A stretch of 64,000 bases of DNA. Source: Pseudomonadota bacterium (GTDB lineage Bacteria; Myxococcota; JACRCW01; JAFGSX01). Made by a program: the position numbers and the translations under genes. Shown piece by piece: positions 38,901 through 49,271 of this stretch (position 1 is the first letter of the stretch; each line of letters starts with the position of its first letter). The stretch is taken from assembly GCA_043821645.1 (NCBI GenBank), contig JBDRCO010000051.1, positions 128,001-192,000 of the forward strand. Reading direction: 5' to 3'. The notes below the pieces were generated by a model. That model saw nothing but the letters and a program-made list of their open reading frames with translations, did no database searches and had not been told where the DNA came from.

Positions 38901-41335
38901 AAGGGACATTGGTAGGCGCCGCCCGAGATCGGGGCACAGGGTGCATTGCCCAGGGCCAGCCAGGCCTGGCTTCCTCCACCGAAGGTCCCGTCCTCGCTGG
39001 CCCGGTATTCCAAGGCCCCGTCGTAGGACAGGTCCAGGTGCACGGTGGTGGAACTGCTGTAGCTTCCCTCGGTGAAGCTGAACGTCCCCCCGAGCCGGCG
39101 CAGGGTGATGGGGGCGCCCGCCGTGGACACGGTGACGACTGCGGAGGCCGGGACATCCACGCCACTGACCGTCTCGACGCTCCAGTTGTCGTCGCGGCGC
39201 AGGACCAGGGTGTAGCCTGGCTTCGAGGTCACCCCGTCGATGCGAAAGTGACCCGTGGCGTCGGTGAGTCCGTTCAGGGCGAGACCCTGGATGCTGATCA
39301 CGATGCCCGAATGGTCCAGCTCGCCGACAAGCTGGACGTAGCCCTCGATGGAACCCCGGGCGAGCTGCAGCCGGAGCGTGCCCACGTCCGTCGACAAACC
39401 CGGGAGCACTGTCATGGGCGCCCGCGCTGCCACGTCGGCGTAGTCGGTCTTCTGCAGCACCAGTTGCCGGTTGGCGCCGGCAGCCACCCCGGTCACCGAA
39501 AAAGTGAACTCTCCGCGCTGACCCGTGGCGGTGAGCTGCAGGGCAAAGCTCTGTCCGTCGACCAGGGCCGTGACGCCTGCGCCGTCCCCCTCGCTGCCAT
39601 TCGCCGCATCCTCGACGACAAGGGTTCCACCCAGGCTGCCCCTGTCGTCGAACACGATCATCCGAGATGCCATCAGGGAGCTATTCCCCGCCACGTCGCG
39701 GACGACGGCGTTTACCTGTCGCGAGGTGTTGGCGTAGTCCAGAGTACGCAGCTGCACCGAGGTGCTTTCGGCGAAGGGAACAGGCGCCGGGATCGTCGCA
39801 CCTTCTTCCCAGACCTGCATGGAGACCACCGCATTGAGGTCGCTGGCCTGCAAGGCCACGGGAAGAAGAGCTTCTCCCGTCACCGCGGCGCCCCCTCGCA
39901 GCACCAGGGCGCTCACCACCGGTGCCGTGATGTCCACCCATGCGCTCAGCTCGGACGGCTGGCTCAGATTGCCGGCGCGATCTTGCAGGTACACGAAGAT
40001 CTTTTTTTCGCCTTCACCCGCGGTGAGACCGATTTCCTCGTCGAGACGGACCAGGCCACCGGGTGACTCGGTGAGCGTGAAGCTCAGAGCCAGCGGGTCT
40101 CCGGCGCTGTTCTGGGCGTCGTGGTGCAGCACATACGAGTACACCGCGCTCACCGTGTCCTGGCCGTCCACCTCGATGCTCAGCACGCTGGCATCCTGGT
40201 TGAACCAGATCTTGCCGTCCTCGCCGGCACTCCGACCCCGCACACGAGTCCCTGCCACCTGAGGTGGCGTCACGTCGCGCACCACCTGGGTGTGGTAAAC
40301 AGGCGACTGAAAGGTGAAGCCATGGACCTGGGTATTGCGAAATTGCGCCGAGATCTGGATGGCGCCTTCGACCGCCGGAAGGTCCACATCCGTCGACGCG
40401 ACGTAGTCCATCCAGGTCGTGGTGCCGCTGGCAAAGTTGGCGTCCGTCGACAGCCTCATCTGATTCATGCCGCCGAACTGCAGCACGTGCACGGGAACGG
40501 CGGCTTGGCTCGTGTAGTACTGGCCAAAGATCTGCTGCAAGGCCGGGATGAGAACTGCTGACACCGGATACAGCGTCAGCCCCGCAGAACCCGTGAAATC
40601 CTGCGTGTTCTGCTCGGTGGGGGTCGCGGCACCCTGGATGTCGAAGCCAACCCGGTGGTCGGGGGTGAAGCCCTCGAGTTCCGCAGCCAGGGCGTAGCGG
40701 CCTGGCGGCACCCTGTCGAAGGTCACGCTATTCGCGGCATCGGTCAGGGCCGTGGCCTGTGCTTCGAGACCAAACGGTCCCTGGCGATACAGCAGGACCC
40801 TCCGCGCTCCACCCTGGCCGGCGGCCAGCTGCACCTCGACCTGGACCCGCCCGGTCCACTGAGGATCGGTGACCTCCACCGACAGTGGCGCATAGCGAAG
40901 AGTGCCCAGATCCTGGATCTCCCCCGGCAGCAGGGTCACGGGTGGGATGGCGACCGGGATATAGGCCGGATTCAGACCGTCCACCACGACGCGATAGACC
41001 CCGGCAGGCAGCTCGTTGAACGCGACGCTTGCCGTGCGCAGGCTGTCCTCGCAGGCCATGCGCGCCGCAGCGGTCGGCTCGTTCCCACAGGTCACCGCCA
41101 GCAGCTGCTGACCCGCCGAGTCCAGGAGCCGGACGGTCAGTGCGCGCAGCTCGTCGTGCACGATGGTCGACGACACGGGCACATCCAGGAACAGCACCGC
41201 ACGAACACCACCCCTGGCCTGCTCGTTGACTGGCGCACGCCAGTCGTAGGGATTGGCGGGCAGCAGCTCGTCGCAGGCCAGCGAGGTCAGGGATAGCAGA
41301 ACAATCGCCAGCGCAGCGTGAAATGTCCGGGTCAT
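32981..41335 (-). CDS. Giant (2784 aa) lipoprotein with tandem Ig-like and carboxypeptidase-regulatory-like beta-sandwich domains
   Basis: Lipobox LTSLAC. 13 DxAGN motifs with recurring INGGA..T and DG.K.VY..F patterns. Repeated RG.IEGYV.L modules. Confidence 0.9.
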   Translation of the reverse strand: MTRTFHAALAIVLLSLTSLACDELLPANPYDWRAPVNEQARGGVRAVLFLDVPVSSTIVHDELRALTVRLLDSAGQQLLAVTCGNEPTAAARMACEDSLRTASVAFNELPAGVYRVVVDGLNPAYIPVAIPPVTLLPGEIQDLGTLRYAPLSVEVTDPQWTGRVQVEVQLAAGQGGARRVLLYRQGPFGLEAQATALTDAANSVTFDRVPPGRYALAAELEGFTPDHRVGFDIQGAATPTEQNTQDFTGSAGLTLYPVSAVLIPALQQIFGQYYTSQAAVPVHVLQFGGMNQMRLSTDANFASGTTTWMDYVASTDVDLPAVEGAIQISAQFRNTQVHGFTFQSPVYHTQVVRDVTPPQVAGTRVRGRSAGEDGKIWFNQDASVLSIEVDGQDTVSAVYSYVLHHDAQNSAGDPLALSFTLTESPGGLVRLDEEIGLTAGEGEKKIFVYLQDRAGNLSQPSELSAWVDITAPVVSALVLRGGAAVTGEALLPVALQASDLNAVVSMQVWEEGATIPAPVPFAESTSVQLRTLDYANTSRQVNAVVRDVAGNSSLMASRMIVFDDRGSLGGTLVVEDAANGSEGDGAGVTALVDGQSFALQLTATGQRGEFTFSVTGVAAGANRQLVLQKTDYADVAARAPMTVLPGLSTDVGTLRLQLARGSIEGYVQLVGELDHSGIVISIQGLALNGLTDATGHFRIDGVTSKPGYTLVLRRDDNWSVETVSGVDVPASAVVTVSTAGAPITLRRLGGTFSFTEGSYSSSTTVHLDLSYDGALEYRASEDGTFGGGSQAWLALGNAPCAPISGGAYQCPFLLGSAEGQHRVWVQFQDPSSTGFISEARSDVIVLDTLPPQNLNILINGGASYTSPLAVTLDVSGTDASPVATLELAYRDTTDAQDLHSGDWEARAFTGQPFGVVLPGAQAFRTARVWARLTDAAGNTSAPQLASIVVDPFAPVGGDLVINGDDALTRFFTVTLSLAASDDSPVEMLLGNEAVPATGSWQAFATSSTWVLPPATQGIKNVCVAFRDAAGNRTQDYCDAIEYDSVAPPVPAVTTTTGTYTRNPSLTLDLNNTSGVASIEVASNAAFAGARSYGVQAQVQYDLSGEDGTKFVFVRYIDAAGNASAPAVLTVILDREAPLAASLAFVDGAVTSSLRPSLILTALGASEMRISATADCSGGTWVPFSPQGAVDLAPPDALKDVSVQFRDQAGNDTACLHQQIELDRAPPSLGTPPMTLSGLQIVLNPGESAVEAAYVRIDFDVTACSEMKVWNTGGESTAVWQPYASIVPSWRLTPNDGSKVVYARFRDRAGNLAPSPDPASASITLDSTGDITGVLSLESSSDYSGVGFELGGTTFAHSMTGNRFTIANLLTKTYVPLRVRKPGYDDALLSSGVSVSGGGVIDVGTITLRRSRGAIEGYVKLADRSSHENVLIELLNTGYTTQSNSAGYFILEDVLAGSYDLVARRDGYSTITQSGIVVTSNTINQVSTALSPLTLAPQQGDFTINGGGSGFTSARVILLNLSYTGATRYRASEDASFGGGLQAYLDFTACTNSGGDQDCSFSLADADGPHRVYVQFEYGSPTTQESEVFDSAITLDRVAPTLGSVLIESGATATKELSASVAVSSSDLNGVVQMQRSVNGTSWLPAESFVTPFVWSYTDPTTGSPNPDDNLCIKVRFIDPAGNMSSATVAGAAGDCITLDRQVPLAGAPALDIQDAQGNSLSGGQTTLSSVFLEVAASGASEMMISNKQNFAGAVWQPYDDTQVQFWPLAPGDGLRTVYIAYKDQAGNIAGAGGTLNAAVTVDTVPPSAPAFTITQGAFTNTQTLNLSFSNWTSGESVLFESNRALGAVQTKAAAGSLSFVLPDVDGLHLLTLRYRDSAGNLSAASTASITLDRVRPDFLDLACLDCNIVGSTQYITSAFARVSVNASGATQMRITGNVLAPAPGTWIPYSPFVDVTLDVAAGEGNKAVTVALQDDATNASNPTTRSLTLYYDGTPPSCTLTLSGYKADGVTAAPAGRTAVTHVKVSHSGCTGSPTAMALVPSTQGLACASASYVPYAATTHLVVGSGDGSKNVLACYRDAAGNVTTTPLSAAASITLDQTAPSPPTLVGLPADVRTTFTVTWSSGDPSTVRYRFVLLRAGSTGVLDESTTATSRVLTAGTHLSSSSGTEYMIKVFPFDDLENGGAPATGSFLYDSIRPCNTSASLAVAGNMYRNADTASVTVACVGDVPDFMLIQCDGTITGSEPVVPYASTFTCALSSGDGLKTMDVRLLDRAGNVRDTSSAYVYKDTTVPSTPSVSPGNIAEANSSCARITVPVGSTLDTTFDHYEVRSNGGPWATGTRTSGGYIQFGLLQDTVNLLEVRAVDQAGNVSQPNVAYVNEVSSTLLPTGLELKQVCGNGAYAILRDTTLFPSVWAGPWAEGSTVHLSTPDIEVLNLSTLGMTRISGEGGLVASLGNMYNLLASPLRTWEKVADAGCAADDVRLLVSFVDTRTGTSSTDSTGYEYQVIVRNPIGTGINPTDPFDGPYGPWEHQAGTGLGASSIDVVDWTGTETYQALITYSVYILIPVTGVRMIQRTSTTNIVRDIYQSVIEFTPRTAYGLGFNGSTAMFLLRNSGSSRWELKRSTAYGSSGSLILSFPYSSGFSSSLSPWGYAVQQGFFNFYTTTLNNNVLVANSNGDVVTYRPSDGLTQTTTGGAPAYAPFAQRGNDAVAWVNQAQTNQFIWNNSYASTTVREFRYEIDRTRPILPTMKTGAGEPVVLYHTSGSSGGPAGVVVGFSDNSACAQ

Positions 41336-41521
41336 CGTGCCTCCAGAGATCCAGAATGACGACCAAACACGTCAGTGTAGCGTATTCAGCATATGCCGCC
41401 AGCTCGTCTTCGAGCTTGACGTCGAGAACAGGCCTGCCTGCAGGGTTCGCAGCTTGCGCTGGCGTCGGAGGACCAGCCGCGCTACACAGAGTGGGTCCGG
41501 GCAAGCCGAACGGAGTACGCG

Positions 41522-42535
<1,014 letters not shown>

Positions 42536-42541
42536 GGCGCG

Positions 42542-43480
42542 ATGGCAACGGACCACCAGCACGGCTCGCCTGCCTCGCCTCATTACATGCCCGCCAGCGA
42601 GGTGATGGCCCTGCAGGGGTTGACCCTGCGCGCGCGGTGCGTGGCCGACGGTGTGCTGGCAGGGCTGCACCACTCCCGACGTCTGGGGGAGAGCGCCGAG
42701 TTCGCAGAGCACAAGCTGTATGCCCCGGGCGACGACGTGCGGCGAATAGACTGGAAGGCCTTCGCCAAGACCGATCGCTACTTCGTGAAGCGCTTCGAGG
42801 AAGAGACCTCCCTGCGCGCCTTCCTCGTGGTCGACAGCTCCGGCTCCATGACCTACCCCGAACAGGGACGCCCCACCAAGTTCGAATACTCCGCGACCCT
42901 GGCCGCCTCGCTGTCCCTGCTGCTGTTGCGACAATCCGACGCCGTGGGCCTATTGAACTTCGGTCGCGACTGCCAGCTGATCGTCCCACCAGGCGCTGCC
43001 CGGGATCAAGCGCACGCGCTCACGCGAGCACTTGAGGCCATCCAGCCCGGCGGCGGCACCGATGCGCAGCGCGCCTTCGCCCAGCTCGGCGACCAGGTGC
43101 GGCGCCACAGCTTGGTGGTCGTCCTGAGTGACCTGCTGGGGGTCGTCGACGAGGCCGGAGACCTGGACCTCGTCCTCGGTGGATTGGCAGCCCTGCGAGC
43201 CCGGGGCGCGGACGTGGCTGTGCTCCAGGTGATGGACCGCGACGAGCTCGAATTGCCCTTCGCGGGTGTCGTGCGCTTCAAGGACCTCGAGGGAGATCGG
43301 GAGATCCAGGTCGACGCCGATGCCATCCGGGAGACCTACAAAGAAGAGGTGCAGGCCTACCTCGCACGCATCGAGCGCACGGCTCACGCAGCGGGTTTGA
43401 CCTATCAGCGCGTGCGCACCGACGATGCACCGGCCTCCGTCCTGGCCCGCTTCATTGCGGATCGCGACGGCGCTCGCTGA
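42542..43480 (+). CDS. DUF58-domain protein
   Basis: EFAEHKLYAPGDDVRRIDWK and DSSGSM. Follows moxR. Confidence 0.93.
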   Translation: MATDHQHGSPASPHYMPASEVMALQGLTLRARCVADGVLAGLHHSRRLGESAEFAEHKLYAPGDDVRRIDWKAFAKTDRYFVKRFEEETSLRAFLVVDSSGSMTYPEQGRPTKFEYSATLAASLSLLLLRQSDAVGLLNFGRDCQLIVPPGAARDQAHALTRALEAIQPGGGTDAQRAFAQLGDQVRRHSLVVVLSDLLGVVDEAGDLDLVLGGLAALRARGADVAVLQVMDRDELELPFAGVVRFKDLEGDREIQVDADAIRETYKEEVQAYLARIERTAHAAGLTYQRVRTDDAPASVLARFIADRDGAR

Positions 43481-43482
43481 AG

Positions 43483-45606
43483 GTGACGGTGCACCTGGAT
43501 TTCTTGCACCCGGCCCTCCTCGGTGGCTTGGCCATGGCAGCCTTGCCGCTGCTGATTCACCTGATCTCGCGGCGCAAGGCACGCGACATCCGTTTCGCAG
43601 CCCTCGAATTCGTGCTGCGCTCGACGCGACGCCGCGCACGTCGCATCCAGCTTCGCCAGCTCTTGTTGCTGCTGCTGCGCACCCTGCTCATCTGTGCCGC
43701 CGTGCTGGCAGTCGCGAGTCCGCGCCTGGTCTCGCCGTCTACGACCCCGCTGCAGGCTCCGGCTGCCTTGGCTCTGTGCCTGGATGTCTCTGCCTCGATG
43801 CAGGCCCGTCCCGGTGGGCGCGGTGACACCCTGTTCGAGCTGATGGTGAAGCGTGCCCGGCAGCTGGTGCGCGAACAGGACGTGGGGCTGCCCCTGGCCG
43901 TGTATCTTGCCGGTCCTCAGGTTCGGGCGCTGATCGAGCCTGCCAGCGTCGAGCGCAGCCAGGTGCTGCGCGCCCTCGACGGTCTGCAACCGAGCAACGG
44001 CACGAGTGACCTGAGCCAGTGCGTGCAGCGCGCACAATCGGCGCGTCCTGCCGGAGACGATGCAGGAGCCGTGCGCGTGGTGGTGCTGACCGACGGTGCA
44101 GCCCACGCCTGGTCCTCGGGTGGAGGTCAGGCCCGGGGAATGCGTGTCGAGATCCTGCGCCTGCCCTCGCCTGCCGCTCCACCGCTGGACAACCAGGCAC
44201 TGCGCGACCTGGACGCCGTGGCCTCGACCCAGACGCGGGCCAGCGCGGTCGATGTCCAGGTCTCCGTCGAGCGCTCGGCAAACGAGGGGGATGAAGCGCG
44301 GACCGTGAACGCCACCCTGTCCCTGGGCGATAGACCCCTGGCCCGGGTCACCGCGCTGCTGCAGCCCGGCGCGCGGGCACGCAAGAGCTTCATGCAGGTG
44401 CCACTGCCGGCGGATCTTGGCTCCGAGGTTGTGCTCCGGGTGAGCGTGGAGCCGGACAGCCTGTCCTTTGACGACGAGGTGCTGCTGCCCCTTGAGATCC
44501 CGCGTCCAGTCCAGGTTCTGGTGGTCAACGGCGACCCGCAGACCGTACGGCACCGGGATGAGGTCTTCTACCTCGAACGCGCCCTGTCCGATCCCGACGC
44601 CCAGGGCCGCCGCCTCACCTCTCGCTTCGTGCACGCCGAGAGGATGCACCCCGGCGACGTGGCTGCGGCGGATGTCGTGATCCTGGCCAACACCGAAAGC
44701 GTGAGCGACGACGTGGCCCGCGCGCTGGTGGCACGCGTCCAGGCGGGGGGCGGGCTGCTCATCACCAGCGGCGACCACCTGGATGCCGAGGCCTACAACT
44801 CCACGCTGCGCGAGCTTCTCCCTGGCATGCTGCGCGGTGCCAAGGACACGGCACCCCTCGACGACCCAGCCAGCCACGAGATGCTAGCGCTCGAAGTCGC
44901 TACCCCGGATCACCCCATCTTCACCTCGCTGGGGCAGGACCGCACCACCGGCCTGACCCGCGTGCGCACCCATGGCCTGATGCTCTTCGATCCCGACAGC
45001 CGAGCACCGCGCACGGATCTGCTGCGTTTCAGTAACGGCGCACCAGCCCTCACCGAGCGGCGCGTCGGCAGCGGGGGCGTGCTGCTGCTGTGCACCACCG
45101 TGGACCGGGATTGGAGTGACCTCGCCATTCGCCCCGGCTTCCTGCCCTTGATCGTGCAGTCCCTGCTCTACCTGGCCGACGCCCTCGAGTTGCCGAGACA
45201 ACGACGACACCTGGTGGGGCAGGCGGTCGCCCTGCGTGCACCGCGCGATGCGAAGAACCTGATCGTCGTGGCGCCGGACGGTTCGCGCAGCCGGATCGAG
45301 GCTAGCGGCCCCGCTTTGAGCTTCACGGCCACCGAACAGAGAGGCCTTTACGGTGTGCGTGCGGATCTCGGAGACGATGCCGAGCGGAGCCTCCCGGCCG
45401 AGCGCTTCGTGGTCGAGGTGGACGCGCGGGAGTCGGACACCAGGCTGATCCGCGACGAGGACCTGGCCGGCGCACTGCCCCAGGGCGCCACCCTGGTTGT
45501 CCACGACCCGAGCCAGAAGACGGACCGTCCGCTATGGACCGCACTCCTGGTGCTGCTCGTGTTCGCGCTCGCTGGAGAAGCACTCCTGTCGCGCCGCAGC
45601 TCCTGA
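43483..45606 (+). CDS. BatA-domain/vWA membrane protein
   Basis: N-terminal FLHP...LPLLIHL...F.ALEF double-TM BatA motif, MIDAS DVSASM and VLTDG, C-terminal ESD...LW-TM. Confidence 0.9.
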   Translation: MTVHLDFLHPALLGGLAMAALPLLIHLISRRKARDIRFAALEFVLRSTRRRARRIQLRQLLLLLLRTLLICAAVLAVASPRLVSPSTTPLQAPAALALCLDVSASMQARPGGRGDTLFELMVKRARQLVREQDVGLPLAVYLAGPQVRALIEPASVERSQVLRALDGLQPSNGTSDLSQCVQRAQSARPAGDDAGAVRVVVLTDGAAHAWSSGGGQARGMRVEILRLPSPAAPPLDNQALRDLDAVASTQTRASAVDVQVSVERSANEGDEARTVNATLSLGDRPLARVTALLQPGARARKSFMQVPLPADLGSEVVLRVSVEPDSLSFDDEVLLPLEIPRPVQVLVVNGDPQTVRHRDEVFYLERALSDPDAQGRRLTSRFVHAERMHPGDVAAADVVILANTESVSDDVARALVARVQAGGGLLITSGDHLDAEAYNSTLRELLPGMLRGAKDTAPLDDPASHEMLALEVATPDHPIFTSLGQDRTTGLTRVRTHGLMLFDPDSRAPRTDLLRFSNGAPALTERRVGSGGVLLLCTTVDRDWSDLAIRPGFLPLIVQSLLYLADALELPRQRRHLVGQAVALRAPRDAKNLIVVAPDGSRSRIEASGPALSFTATEQRGLYGVRADLGDDAERSLPAERFVVEVDARESDTRLIRDEDLAGALPQGATLVVHDPSQKTDRPLWTALLVLLVFALAGEALLSRRSS

Positions 45607-45644
45607 ATCCTTGCGCGCGCGCGCGGCTCTCGTTACATCATGAT

Positions 45645-45761
45645 GGTCAGTTTCCTCCTGCCGGAAGGTCGGTCGTCTCGAGGCGGCCGGCCTTCCGGTG
45701 GCCCTCCTGTCACTCAACGCAACCTGCGATTCGAGGAAACCCTCGTCGCGGCGGCCTGACC
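45645..45761 (+). ncRNA. Unidentified structured RNA or 5' leader
   Basis: Ends pair (GGUCAG/CUGACC). Long internal hairpin at 45661-45698, second hairpin at 45724-45751, two CCUCCU motifs in the junctions. Confidence 0.45.
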
Positions 45762-45770
45762 GAGGAACGC

Positions 45771-45974
45771 ATGCCCGACTGGCTGTTCTCCGTGCTCTTC
45801 ATCGGTGGCTGGCTGTTTCTGCAGCTCTACCTGCTGCCCCGCCTCGGCGTCCCCACCTGAATGTCAGGTGCCTGCCGCGTGCCGGCAGCTCGACCAGAAT
45901 CCGTGCCCGAGCAACCGGGCCCGACAGATGTGACTCAGAGTGCTGGATCCGGCGCAGAGTCCCGGAGTCCCTGA
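45771..45974 (+). CDS. Small single-TM candidate selenoprotein (U30-x4-C35); 67 aa with readthrough, 29 aa without
   Basis: GAGGA SD and ATG at 45771. MPDWLFSVLFIGGWLFLQLYLLPRLGVPT-U-MSGACRVP... TGA at 45858-45860, followed by hairpin CUGCCG-CGUGC-CGGCAG. Confidence 0.6.
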
Positions 45975-46608
45975 AGAACCTGCTCGAAGACCTCGGGCAC
46001 CGCGCACCGGAGCTGCAGCTTCACCCCGCTGTCCCGTCCGAGTGCGAGAGCCTGGGCGTGCAGCAGCAGGCGAGGATAGCTCGCTTGCGGCGCAGCCTCT
46101 CCGTACCGCCCGTCGCCAGCTATGGGGTGGCCGAGCGAAAAAAAATGCGCGCGCAGCTGGTGGCGGCGTCCGGTTTCCGGACTGGCCTGGACCAGGGTGT
46201 GCGCGGGCAGCCGTTCCAGTACCTTGTAGCCCGTGACGGCCGGCTTACCTCGCCGGGTGTCCACGGCCACCCGCCCCGATCCGAACTGGCGCAGGGGCAG
46301 CTCGATGAGGCCGTTCTCGTCGGCCACCACACCCACGAGCAGAGCCTGGTAGGTCTTGTGCACCTGCCTGTGCTCGAACCGCAAATTCAACTCGCGATGG
46401 ACCTCGGCGGTGCGGGCAAAGAGCATCAGCCCGCTCGCATCCTTGTCGAGGCGATGCACCACCCATACCGCTTGTCCCAGTTCCGCCTCCAGCCAGCTGC
46501 GCGCCGAGGGGAGCGGGAGATCGCGTTCGGGAATGGAGGCCAGACCCGCAGGCTTGTCGATGGCCACCACCTCATCGTCAAGGTGGAGCACGACTGGGGT
46601 CGGGCTGC

Positions 46609-46612
<4 letters not shown>
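45935..46612 (-). CDS. RluA-family pseudouridine synthase
   Basis: DKPAG, HRLDKDASG (catalytic Asp), TGRRHQLRAH, GDGRYG, LLHA. Confidence 0.93.
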
Positions 46613-48441
<1,829 letters not shown>

Positions 48442-48514
48442 CGAATGTCACCCCTGGCGCGAGACCCGCGCGTCCTGCAAAGCCTGTAATGGTGCGCCGA
48501 AGCCGTGGAGTTGT

Positions 48515-49141
48515 TCAAGGGCTGTCTGGTCTCGACGAGGATCCTCCCGCATCGCTGTGCTCCACAGCATCGAGGGCCGCAAGGATCTCCACCACCGCCG
48601 GGCGCACCTTGTACGAACTCTCGAGGTGGGCCCAACCCACCCGTCCAGCGCGATCGATGATGAACACCGCGGGCCAGGCGGTCTCGTTGGGCTCGTCGAG
48701 AACGCCGTACGCCCGAAGGACCCTCGCCTCGGGGTCGGCGAGCAGCGGGAAGGTGAGATCCAGGCGCGTTGCCAGGAGCTGTGCTTGCTCGAGATTCTGC
48801 CCGGAGATGGCCACCAGGCTCGCACCGCGTTGCTCGAAGGCGGCCAGGTCGCGTTGCAGCTCCCCGAGCTGCTGGCGGCAGTGTGGTCACCACCCGCCAC
48901 GGTAGAAGATCAAGATCGCAGGCCCCTGGGCAAGGGCGTCGTGCAAGGACCAGGGCCCCCTGTTCCCCTCCAGCTCGATCGCAGGTGCGTTGAATCCCAT
49001 CGCCAGTGCACGCTGCTGTATCCCCGCTGGCCGGGTATCGCGCATGGCTTGCATCGGAACCTCGCTCAGCTGGGCGACGGTGCTGCAGGCCAGGAACCCG
49101 CTCAACCACACGACGTGTGCAAGACCGAAGGCAGGTCGCAT
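48515..49141 (-). CDS. Peroxiredoxin-like (AhpC/TSA) lipoprotein with a Sec-containing UxxC motif
   Basis: AGGAGG SD and ATG at 49141, lipobox GFLAC. IFYRGGW-U-PHC with in-frame TGA at 48889-48887, continuing to VAIS, FPLLAD and PAVFIID. SECIS-like hairpin at 48856-48872. Confidence 0.92.
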
Positions 49142-49271
49142 GCATCGATCCTCCTGCAGCCAAGGCACATAGCGCGTGGCTCCCGCCGCTGCACCGGGCG
49201 CCGCAAGCCTGCACGGAGAAAGATGGAGCCGAGATCAGGCGCTGGGGCAGAACACGACTCGCGCCGTGTCT

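Noticed and set aside
45663-45710. tRNA-Sec (selC): GGAAGGTCGGTCGTCTC-GAGGCGGCCGGCCTTC resembles the 5' part of E. coli selC as I recall it
   Set aside because: No UCA anticodon loop, T-loop or CCA end, and it folds as a simple hairpin. Treated as coincidental unless a covariance search says otherwise.
48442-48514. glmS ribozyme
   Set aside because: Only ~70 nt separate glmS from the upstream gene, and no ribozyme core is recognisable.
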